From an uncultured Candidatus Saccharibacteria bacterium (lineage in GTDB: Bacteria > Patescibacteriota > Minisyncoccia > UBA6257 > 2-01-FULL-56-20), in the NCBI GenBank assembly GCA_964374065.1, contig CAYJWW010000002.1, forward strand, positions 4,153 through 68,152: a DNA stretch of 64,000 nt. The letters are read 5' to 3'. Position 1 is the stretch's first letter. Each line of letters opens with the position of its first letter. This document shows positions 20,843 to 28,680 of the stretch, piece after piece. The position numbers were made by a program, and so were the translations under genes. A model generated the notes under the pieces. That model did not search any database. It was not told the origin of the DNA and saw only the letters and a list, made by a program, of their open reading frames with translations.

Positions 20843-22375
20843 CTACTGTCCGGGCCTGATCTCTTTTAATTTCCCTCCGCTTGATTCAAACGCTCGAACT
20901 GTCGTCGTGGCTGTCGCGTTCGCGCCGCCCCCCTGCCCCGCGCACGTGATCGTATAGGTGGTGGATTGGGTGGGCTGTACGGTCGTCGTGCCGTTCGCGG
21001 GGACGGAGCCGACCGCGGGAGCGATGGCGCAGGAAGAGACGCGTTCGCAGGTCCAGGAAAGGGTGGAGGACTTGGGGGGCGGGATCACGAGGCGGTCGGG
21101 GAAGGCGGTGAAGCTCGTGCATGTGGGGGCGCAGTCCGAGGCGCGGTCGCACTCGTTGGGGCCGGAGCCGGGGATCGTGGCGCAGGAGTTGAACTGGCAG
21201 ACGCGCTTCGTGCAGAGGGGCACCCGGAAGGAGGTGCTTGGGCTGTGGGCGCCGTTGAAGACTCGGGCATAGTAGGTCACGCCGGGCTGGAGCGAGAGCG
21301 TGTCCGACTGCTGGGGCCAGATGCCCCTGAAGTTCTCTCCGTTCGTCGATTGGGAGAGAGACTGCTTGTTATAGAAGGAACCGAAGCCCGGGTCGTCGTC
21401 GATGTCCACGTAATAGCCGAAGCCGGGGTTGGGGCTGCCGGACCAGGAGATCGCGATCTGGTCGTTGTACGGAGAGACGGTGCAGGCGGGGAGGCCGGAG
21501 ACCGTGGGGCCGGAGGGAGCGTAGGAGCCTTGGGAGTAGTAGGAACCCTGGGAGTAGCCGGGAGCGTAGGTGCCTTGGGAGTAGTAGGAGCCTTGGTAGG
21601 AGCCCTGTGAGTAACCGGGAGCGTAGGTGCCTTGGGCGTAGTAGTACCCCTGGGCGTAGTAGTAACCTTGGGTGTAGTAGTACCCCTGGGCGTAGTAGTA
21701 GCCCTGGGCGTAGTAGTAGCCTTGGCTGTAGCCGCAACCGTAGCAGCCCTCCGCATAGTAATAGCCTTGTCCGTAGTAATAGCCCTCTGTGTAGTAATAC
21801 CCTTGGGCATAGTAATAGCCCTCAGCATAGTAGTAGCCTTGAGTATAGTAGTAGCCTTGAGCATAATAGTAGCCCTCCCCATAATAGTAGCCTTCGCTGT
21901 AGTCTGGATAGAAGCCGGTGATGCTCACATCCACCCGCACTTCGGCGTCATCCACGGCCGCCCATGTATAAATCCCGTATCTTCCGACTCCTCCTGTCCC
22001 CTCGCTTCCGCTTGTATACCCGTTGTACGGATGGACCCCTCCATACTCGTAGCCGCAACTGCCCCCAGAGCAGTTGAACCAATAGCACTGCCCCGCGCCG
22101 TCGGACTGCCGGGACCAACACGCGACGGACTGAATATACGAACCGCCGTGGCGATGGCCGCTTATATTGTAGGAAAATTCCGCGGAACCGTAGTTGTCCC
22201 GCGGGAGCCACTCCCAATTCCCGCCGCAATTTCTATCGTCTCCGTGCTTGATGCAAAGCCAATAAAAACTCGTGCTGTCGCTCCCCGCGCGCGCCACGTA
22301 GGGCACGGCGATCGACATCGCCACCGCGGACACTGCGACGAATATCAGTGCTACCTTGGTCTGCGCGGTATTCAT
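20843..22375 (-). CDS. secreted protein with (QGYYY[AST])n Tyr/Gly repeats and two C-terminal FN3/Ig-like domains (paralog B)
   Basis: 510 aa with signal peptide MNTAQTKVALIFVAVSAVAMSIAVPYVARA, a distinct N-terminal domain, a long EGYYYAQGYYYT... repeat array, and a C-terminal ~285 aa identical to paralog A. Confidence 0.7.
   Translation of the reverse strand: MNTAQTKVALIFVAVSAVAMSIAVPYVARAGSDSTSFYWLCIKHGDDRNCGGNWEWLPRDNYGSAEFSYNISGHRHGGSYIQSVACWSRQSDGAGQCYWFNCSGGSCGYEYGGVHPYNGYTSGSEGTGGVGRYGIYTWAAVDDAEVRVDVSITGFYPDYSEGYYYGEGYYYAQGYYYTQGYYYAEGYYYAQGYYYTEGYYYGQGYYYAEGCYGCGYSQGYYYAQGYYYAQGYYYTQGYYYAQGYYYAQGTYAPGYSQGSYQGSYYSQGTYAPGYSQGSYYSQGSYAPSGPTVSGLPACTVSPYNDQIAISWSGSPNPGFGYYVDIDDDPGFGSFYNKQSLSQSTNGENFRGIWPQQSDTLSLQPGVTYYARVFNGAHSPSTSFRVPLCTKRVCQFNSCATIPGSGPNECDRASDCAPTCTSFTAFPDRLVIPPPKSSTLSWTCERVSSCAIAPAVGSVPANGTTTVQPTQSTTYTITCAGQGGGANATATTTVRAFESSGGKLKEIRPGQ
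20853..21711. repeat. direct repeat copy 2 (about 859 bp)
   Basis: See copy 1; the constant offset is 2769 nt. Confidence 0.9.
21530..21905. repeat. in-frame tandem array of about 18-nt units encoding GYYY[AST]Q within paralog B
   Basis: Reiterated gtagtagta(g/c)cc(c/t)tg(g/a)g(c/t) units on the plus strand. Confidence 0.8.
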
Positions 22376-22884
22376 TCCCTCGAAGGCGGGGTGATGATGC
22401 GATATGTCACTACCGATGCGACCGGGTTGCTCGACCGGTATATCGTTGCGGGGAATGCCGCCTCAACGGAGACGCCGCCGGCGCCGATCATGGACCGGAG
22501 ATCATCCAAGGACCCTGTGGCATCATTCCGCGGGAGGTCGGCCAGACTCAAGGTGCCGGTCGCGCCGCGCGCGGCAAGCTCTTTCCATGAAGGAAGTTGA
22601 AGCCCGATCTTTTTATACGAGGTCCCTTCCCCGACGCGGAAGGTAAACTCCCGCGATTCCAGGAGATCTTGCGGCGCAACGCCCTGCAGCTCGTAGACGC
22701 CCTTCAGCGTAATCGCGTCGCCCTCTATTCTCAGGGGGCTTCCGATGAATTTTCTGATCTCTATCGGTTTTCGCGTCGAAACAAAATAGCCGCTTCCGAT
22801 CAGGAACAATCCGGCGGTTGCGGCGGCCACCATCACAAGATTCCGCACCGCCAGCTTCTTCTTCGATGCCGCGAAATCATCCAT
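22372..22884 (-). CDS. membrane-anchored hypothetical protein, translationally coupled to repeat protein B
   Basis: 170 aa with an N-terminal TM helix (LVMVAAATAGLFLIGSGYFV). Its stop overlaps the start of 20843..22375 by 4 nt. Confidence 0.5.
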   Translation of the reverse strand: MDDFAASKKKLAVRNLVMVAAATAGLFLIGSGYFVSTRKPIEIRKFIGSPLRIEGDAITLKGVYELQGVAPQDLLESREFTFRVGEGTSYKKIGLQLPSWKELAARGATGTLSLADLPRNDATGSLDDLRSMIGAGGVSVEAAFPATIYRSSNPVASVVTYRIITPPSRE

Positions 22885-22936
22885 ATATTGATTATAGGCG
22901 AAATGGTGCGGGCCGCAATGGATGCGGCCCGGCTGT

Positions 22937-23569
22937 TTATTGCGATACGACTCGTAATCCCAACATCACGCGCCAATCGGTGGGCACGAGGAGATCCTGG
23001 CCGCTCTCATTGAAGCGCGCCGTGGCCTGGGCGGTGTTCGTCACGCCTCCGCTCGGGAGCGCCATGTCGAAGACGACCGCGATGCAGACGGGCGAGCGCC
23101 ACGCGGGGTCGCTCTCATCGAAGGGCGGTCCCTGCGTTCCTGCAGTCCGCCCAACGGCACTGAGCTGCATGGAAATCTTCCGGCCGGGAACGGCGGGATG
23201 GGCCACGCAAAGGCGGACCGTGTGTGTATCGCGATGACTCCGCAACAGATACGTCTTCTCTGTCCCGGGAACTCCGAGAGAAGCGTCGTCTGTGGGCGAA
23301 AGCTCTCGCGTGCAGGCCGCGGGATCATTCGGACAATTCCCTTCATAGACCCCGTACGTTGCCGAAGCGCGCACGCCGGGACCGGGTCCCGGCGGAAGAT
23401 TCCCCGGTCCGACCGGCCCCTGCACGCACGAGGGCCCCGTGGGAGTTCCGATGCAGTTCGGGCTCTTGTCCTCCTTCTTGCCGCAGCCCGAACCGAGGGT
23501 CCCGAAGGCGAGCGCGAGCGCGGAGGCGAGAAGCACGCTCCGCGTCCGCCCGAGTTCCGTATGACGCAT
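22937..23569 (-). CDS. putative secreted protein or lipoprotein (Cys- and Gly/Pro-rich)
   Basis: Start chosen at MRHTELG, preceded by AGGAGG. Signal peptide followed by LGSGC; 211 aa. The longer 331-aa ORF is judged to be upstream read-through. Confidence 0.5.
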   Translation of the reverse strand: MRHTELGRTRSVLLASALALAFGTLGSGCGKKEDKSPNCIGTPTGPSCVQGPVGPGNLPPGPGPGVRASATYGVYEGNCPNDPAACTRELSPTDDASLGVPGTEKTYLLRSHRDTHTVRLCVAHPAVPGRKISMQLSAVGRTAGTQGPPFDESDPAWRSPVCIAVVFDMALPSGGVTNTAQATARFNESGQDLLVPTDWRVMLGLRVVSQ

Positions 23570-23658
23570 GGCGCCTCCTATCTCTCGGATCCCCGAGAAT
23601 GCCGACGTGCCGTTCGCTGCTGCCGCAACTATACTACAGGCCGCTCCCGGCGCCAACC

Positions 23659-24198
23659 CTAGTTCTGCGGCCGCCAATTGAAGAAATGGTCCTCGAGATT
23701 GATGTCGTATTCTCCGCCGCGGCTTGACCAAGAAACAATGGAGTTCACCTTGATCTCGTTCCCGCCCACGAGTGCGACGCGGATGGTCCGCGTAAAGGGC
23801 GTCACGACCGAACCGCCGTAGCTGTAGAGGTTCTGCGACGGATCGAAAAGGAGGAACCTGCTCTGCGTCGCTTCCAAGAGCGCGCTTGCATACTGCACTT
23901 CGAAATCCCCGTTCGAGAAACCGCTGTTCCACGGGCGGTTCTGGATTACGTTCGTATCGATGATATTCTTCACCACCTCGAGTCCCTCGGCCGCGAGATA
24001 CGTCGCAGTGTAATTATCGGATACGACGCGATTCAGGCTGATCGAACGCGAAAGAAGAGTGAGAATGCCCAAAAAGCCGACGGTCAAAATCCCCAGCGCG
24101 ACGAGCGATTCGACGACGACTTGCCCCCGGCGCGCCCGTCGGCGCGCAGAAAATGGAAAATAGAAAGCGGAAAGCGGAAAACGGCGCGTTTGTTCCAT
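23659..24198 (-). CDS. type IV pilin-like protein with a long basic leader (MEQTRRFPLSAFYFPFSARRRARRG|QVVVE...)
   Basis: Gly-Gln junction with Glu at +5 followed by a hydrophobic helix; 179 aa. Its 5' module is shared with 17048..17470. Confidence 0.55.
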   Translation of the reverse strand: MEQTRRFPLSAFYFPFSARRRARRGQVVVESLVALGILTVGFLGILTLLSRSISLNRVVSDNYTATYLAAEGLEVVKNIIDTNVIQNRPWNSGFSNGDFEVQYASALLEATQSRFLLFDPSQNLYSYGGSVVTPFTRTIRVALVGGNEIKVNSIVSWSSRGGEYDINLEDHFFNWRPQN

Positions 24199-24254
24199 TG
24201 CAGTTTGGATTTTGTCTCTAATTCTGGATTCTATTTTCTAGGCTCTAGATTCTA
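24124..24254. repeat. conserved ~125-nt 5' module, copy 2
   Basis: Same sequence as copy 1 with a 7-nt internal duplication (tctaggctctag). Confidence 0.85.
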
Positions 24255-24821
24255 AAATGTGATCTGCCCCGCCGTGCTTACCCGGATCGTTATCGAGGCC
24301 GACCCGTCCGCGGTTTGGAGATAAATATTCCCGCTCCCTCCCGGCAATAGCGACCCCCCGCTCGAGATGTATGTTTTTGGTTCCGGCGGCACAAAGAGCA
24401 CCGCGTCGAGCCGGTTCGCTCCGTTGCCGTACGCCACGGCCTGAGTCAACGGGAACGATTCGAGCCTGGTGTATTTGGAACCGTCGGCGGGGTCGATCGC
24501 GGAAATGCTCGAGCAGTCGCTCACCTTATATTGGAACAGTTCGTATGAGTTCCCGGCGTAGTCGACTCGGAAACCGAACCCACAGGGACGCGAGGCATCC
24601 ACATAGGTGGCAATCGCCATCGATTTGGACTTCAGGATCAGCTGCGCGATCTTTGCTTCTTCGGTATAGAGCGCAACCTGCGCGCGCCCCGTCGACGAGT
24701 AGAGAATGAGCGAACTCGAGAGGATGCCCATGATGCCTACGACGATCAGAAGTTCGAGGAGCGTGTAGCCGCGGCGAGAAGAACGGAAGTTTTGGCGTGG
24801 AATTCGGCGGAATGCGCTCAC
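24252..24821 (-). CDS. type IV pilin-like protein (pseudopilin)
   Basis: SSRRG|YTLLELLIVVGIMGIL class III signal; 189 aa. Confidence 0.75.
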   Translation of the reverse strand: MSAFRRIPRQNFRSSRRGYTLLELLIVVGIMGILSSSLILYSSTGRAQVALYTEEAKIAQLILKSKSMAIATYVDASRPCGFGFRVDYAGNSYELFQYKVSDCSSISAIDPADGSKYTRLESFPLTQAVAYGNGANRLDAVLFVPPEPKTYISSGGSLLPGGSGNIYLQTADGSASITIRVSTAGQITF

Positions 24822-24855
24822 GCGTCCATTCTATCACAAGAGCCCCGCAGAGAAC

Positions 24856-25656
24856 TTACCACAGTCCGCCAAAAAGCATCTGCGCGATCTGATTGCCGAA
24901 AAGAAAGACGATGAGCGCTGCGAGAGAGAGGAATGGCCCGAAGGGAAGCGCCGTTTTCCGCGTTGCCCGACCGCCGGTCATCATGCCGAGCCCAATGACC
25001 GCTCCCAATATGAAGGCGAGCATTAGAATAAAGGGGGTTGCCGGCCAGCCGAAAAGCAATCCCAGCGCCGCGCCGAATTTCACGTCCCCCATGCCCATCC
25101 CCTTCCCCCGCGTCGCCGCGATAAGCGCTCCGAAAAACGCCGCCGCGAAAATCGCGCCGTAGATGCGGGGGATGATACTCCCGAGGATGCCGCTTCCTCC
25201 GCCCGTAAGCGCGAGAAACGCGGCGAGAACCCCGAGAAAAATGACGAGCTCGTCGGGAATGAGCCGCAGCCGCAGATCGATGAGTGAAATGAGGAGCAGT
25301 ATAAGGAACACGAGGAGCCAGAAAAACTGCGGAATGGCCGCGGCCGCTCCGAATGAAACGCGGGCCGCGACCGCGTGGGGTATGACCACAAAAAGCGCGC
25401 CGGCGATGATCTCGACGAGCGGATAGGCAAAAGAGAGCCGTTTTTTACATCTGCGACATTCCCCTTTCTGCGCGAGGAAACTCAAAAGCGGAATGAGCTC
25501 GAACCAGCGAAGCGTGCGGCGACATGAGGCGCACGCCGATCTTCCGAACACGATGTCCCGCCGGATTATGAAACGGTCCGGATCGTACCGATCGGCGATG
25601 ACCTTAAGGAAACTCCCGACGGCCGCACCAAGGAAAAATTGCAGAACGTAAGTCAC
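24856..25656 (-). CDS. pilD: prepilin peptidase (A24 family)
   Basis: N-terminal CxxC...CxxC zinc-binding pairs, 8-TM topology and the GMGDVKF catalytic Asp motif; 266 aa. Confidence 0.85.
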   Translation of the reverse strand: MTYVLQFFLGAAVGSFLKVIADRYDPDRFIIRRDIVFGRSACASCRRTLRWFELIPLLSFLAQKGECRRCKKRLSFAYPLVEIIAGALFVVIPHAVAARVSFGAAAAIPQFFWLLVFLILLLISLIDLRLRLIPDELVIFLGVLAAFLALTGGGSGILGSIIPRIYGAIFAAAFFGALIAATRGKGMGMGDVKFGAALGLLFGWPATPFILMLAFILGAVIGLGMMTGGRATRKTALPFGPFLSLAALIVFLFGNQIAQMLFGGLW

Positions 25657-25716
25657 GAATAAAAAATCAAATCGGGGCTCGCGCCCTGACTATGACATTC
25701 CTGTGCGCGCTCGACC

Positions 25717-26187
25717 CTAGAAAATGATGCAGTAGATCGTATCGGATGCCGCCGTGCCGCAATCGGTGTTCCCGTAGTTCGATTGCGTGCCGTCGATATC
25801 CGTCCGGAGCGCGGGGTTGTTCCCGTCTTCGAGGTCGGCTCTCAGAAGGTACCCGTTGCGGCTCGTGTTCGGCGCATAGGTGTAATTCCTATTCGAGTTA
25901 GGATCGTTAGGAATCTTGTTCACGCCAATCGTGGCGCTCACAAGGTCGGTCTCAAGCGCCGCCCACGTGGCCGAGTTCGGGTATTGGCCGTTCTTCTGGA
26001 AGTAAAGCTCCAGCGCGGTCTGTACCTGTTTCAAGTCCGCAATGCGCCGCGCGTCCCGGCCAGTCCGCTGGGTGGGGCCCAGCCCCACGAGCACGATCGA
26101 CGCCAGAACACCGATGATCGCGACCACGATCAGCATTTCGATGAGCGTAAACCCCTGCTTCTGCTCCGAATTTTTCATCGCTTTCAT
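25717..26187 (-). CDS. type IV pilin (probable major pilin)
   Basis: MKAMKNSEQKQG|FTLIEMLIVVAIIGVLASIV is a canonical class III signal. Start chosen at M15 of the 170-aa ORF. C-terminal Cys pair (TDCG...YCIIF). Confidence 0.8.
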   Translation of the reverse strand: MKAMKNSEQKQGFTLIEMLIVVAIIGVLASIVLVGLGPTQRTGRDARRIADLKQVQTALELYFQKNGQYPNSATWAALETDLVSATIGVNKIPNDPNSNRNYTYAPNTSRNGYLLRADLEDGNNPALRTDIDGTQSNYGNTDCGTAASDTIYCIIF

Positions 26188-26304
26188 TGTACGTTTTATC
26201 ATACCATACCGCCAATCGTTCTTTTCCACAGCCCCTCCAGCCTGGAACCTGAAACCCGGAACAGGATACGAAAGGTGCGGTTTTACGAACTATGTCCTGC
26301 TTCG

Positions 26305-26353
26305 TGATTCACGATTCACGATTCAGGATTCAGGATTCAGGATTCAGGATTCA
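26305..26353. repeat. tandem heptanucleotide repeat (GATTCAS)x7 between the pilC stop and the pilin gene
   Basis: gattcac x2, gattcag x4 and gattcat x1, perfectly contiguous, about 120-165 nt upstream of the pilin start codon on the coding strand. Confidence 0.9.
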
Positions 26354-26358
26354 TGGCC

Positions 26359-27570
26359 CTACTGGATCGTCGCCGTAAGCTGATAGAGCGGCAGAAGAAT
26401 AGAGGCGAAGAGGAGGGCGATGAGCCCGCCGATGCCGATCATGAGGATCGGCTGGATAAGCTCGACCAGATTGTTGATCACGGTATCCGACTCCCTGTTA
26501 TAGAACGTGGCGATCCGGAGGAAAATCTGGTCCAGCTGTCCGGTCGCTTCTCCCACCGCGACCATTTGGGAGACAAGCTGGGGGAAATAATCGGGGTGCG
26601 CGGCGATCGCTTCCGAGAGGAGTTTCCCCTGCCGCACGCCCTGGGAAACATCGTGAAGCATATCCCTATAGAGGACGTTATCCACTGTCTCCGCCACGAT
26701 CTCCATCGCTTGCGCGACGGGCACTCCGCCCTTCACGAGCATCGCCGAAGCGTTCGCGAACCGCGCGATGGTCACGGGAAGGTATATTCGGCTGATCACC
26801 GGCAGGCGCACCTTCATATCGTCCTTGAACCCCATCCCTTCCGGCGTCTGGAAGTAGTCAAGGATCATCACGACGGAAATAATGATGACGAGGACGATCG
26901 CGGGCCACCAGCGGGCGAAGAAATCGCCGCTCCCTATCAAGACCTTGCTGATCAGCGGGAGTTGCACGCCCGATTGATCGAAAACCGGCTGTATCTGCGG
27001 GAACACCATCGTCACCATAATCACCGCGACGACGAGAAAGAGCGAGACGACGATCGCGGGGTAGATGAGCGCCGAGCGCGCCTTGGTGACAAGCACCGCT
27101 TCGCGTTCGGTGTAATCCGCGAGGAAGCCGGCGACTTGGTCCAAATTCCCCGTAACCTCCGCGGACCGGACCATGCTCACGAAGAATTCGGAAAATATCC
27201 CCCCTTGCCGCTCGAGCGCCTGCGAAAAAGCGAGCCCTGCATCAATGTCCGTCGCGATCTGGTAGACCGCCTCTTTGAGTATTGGATTCGTCGTCTGATC
27301 GTGGAGCGTCGTGAGCGCCTTGTTGAGCGATAGCCGCGCCTCGAGCAGCGTGGCGAGCTGCCGAGTGAGGATGACCATATCCTGCCTCCGAACGGCGCGG
27401 TAATAGCGCGCGATCCGGTCGTACCAGTGAGTCGTCTCGGTAGATTCGAGCTTGAGGATATAGAGGTCGTGGCTGGATAAGATGTTGACCGCGGCATCCT
27501 TCCCCCCGGCTTCCACAAAACCCACCTGAAGTTCTCCCTCCTTGGTTTTCGCTTGATATTTGAATTTCAT
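26359..27570 (-). CDS. pilC: type IV pilus assembly platform protein (GspF/PilC family)
   Basis: 403 aa; duplicated T2SF domains and three TM segments. Confidence 0.85.
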   Translation of the reverse strand: MKFKYQAKTKEGELQVGFVEAGGKDAAVNILSSHDLYILKLESTETTHWYDRIARYYRAVRRQDMVILTRQLATLLEARLSLNKALTTLHDQTTNPILKEAVYQIATDIDAGLAFSQALERQGGIFSEFFVSMVRSAEVTGNLDQVAGFLADYTEREAVLVTKARSALIYPAIVVSLFLVVAVIMVTMVFPQIQPVFDQSGVQLPLISKVLIGSGDFFARWWPAIVLVIIISVVMILDYFQTPEGMGFKDDMKVRLPVISRIYLPVTIARFANASAMLVKGGVPVAQAMEIVAETVDNVLYRDMLHDVSQGVRQGKLLSEAIAAHPDYFPQLVSQMVAVGEATGQLDQIFLRIATFYNRESDTVINNLVELIQPILMIGIGGLIALLFASILLPLYQLTATIQ

Positions 27571-27577
27571 GCGCCCG

Positions 27578-28651
27578 CTACACTCTTTCGAGCAGGATCC
27601 GCAGCTCTCCTGGATTCAGCGAATAGAGCTCCGCGCTCTCCATCGAGATCTCTTTGCTCTTGATAAGGTTCACGAGCGAGCGGTTCAGGGTCATCATCCC
27701 CTCCTGAAGAGACGTTTCGATCACGAGGTCGATCTGGTAGACCTTCCGCTCGCGGACCAGGTTCCGGATCGCGGCGTTCACGATCATGATCTCCATCGCG
27801 GGGATCCGGCCGCCCGAGAGGCGCGGCATGAGCCGGATCGAGACGATCGCGACCAAGGTCGCCGCGAGCTGGGAGACCACCTGCCCCTGCTGTTCGGCGG
27901 GGAAGGAATCGATGATGCGGTCGATCGTCTGCGAGGCGGAATTCGTGTGGAGCGTGGAGAACACCAAGTGTCCGGTCTCCGCCGCGGTCATCGCGGTCGA
28001 GATGGAGATCGCGTCGCGCATCTCGCCCAACATGATGACGTCCGGGTCCTGCCGCAAGATCGTGCGGAGTCCCGCTTGGAACGTCGGCACATCCACTCCC
28101 ACTTCCCGCTGGGAGACGATCGCCCTGTCCTGCGTGAAGAGATATTCTATCGGGTCTTCGATCGTGATGATGTGGTCCGCGCGAGCGTGGTTGATCTCAT
28201 CCAGAAGCGCCGCGAGCGTCGTGGACTTCCCGTGGCCGGCGGGTCCCACGACGAGAATGAACCCTTGCGAAAGCTTTGCGAAGTCGTGGAGGATCGGCGG
28301 AAGCATGAGTTCCTCGAGGCTGCGGATCCTCCCCGGGATCAGCCGGAGCGCCGCGGCCGGATAGCCGCGCTGGTAATAGACGTTCACGCGGAACCTTGCC
28401 TTATCTTCGAAGCTGTATGCAAAATCGATCTGCTTGTTCTTTGAAAGCTTTTCTTTTTGGTCGTCATTCAGCAAAACCGTGATGAGTCCTTCGGCGCCCT
28501 CCGGAGTGAGCAGTTCTTCCTTCTGTATCGGAACAAGCACGCCGTCGATGCGGAGCATTGGGCGCCTCCCCACCGAAAGGTGGAGGTCCGAAGCGTTCTG
28601 TTTCGCCGTGGTTACCAACAGCTCTTTTAATCTTTCTGCGTAGTTCGTCAT
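27578..28651 (-). CDS. pilT: twitching-motility (retraction) ATPase PilT
   Basis: Walker A GPAGHGKSTT, PilT Asp box, His box; 357 aa. Confidence 0.85.
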   Translation of the reverse strand: MTNYAERLKELLVTTAKQNASDLHLSVGRRPMLRIDGVLVPIQKEELLTPEGAEGLITVLLNDDQKEKLSKNKQIDFAYSFEDKARFRVNVYYQRGYPAAALRLIPGRIRSLEELMLPPILHDFAKLSQGFILVVGPAGHGKSTTLAALLDEINHARADHIITIEDPIEYLFTQDRAIVSQREVGVDVPTFQAGLRTILRQDPDVIMLGEMRDAISISTAMTAAETGHLVFSTLHTNSASQTIDRIIDSFPAEQQGQVVSQLAATLVAIVSIRLMPRLSGGRIPAMEIMIVNAAIRNLVRERKVYQIDLVIETSLQEGMMTLNRSLVNLIKSKEISMESAELYSLNPGELRILLERV

Positions 28652-28680
28652 ATCAGTTCAATTGTTCCATCATAACACAA

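Noticed and set aside
18760-21905. CRISPR-like appearance of the regularly spaced short repeats
   Set aside because: The repeats are contiguous 18-nt in-frame coding units without spacers and lie inside ORFs. No cas genes are present. They are not a CRISPR array.
24160-24185. Short repeat aaagcggaaagcggaaaacgg
   Set aside because: It has only two or three units, lies inside the shared 5' module within coding sequence, and is too short to call.
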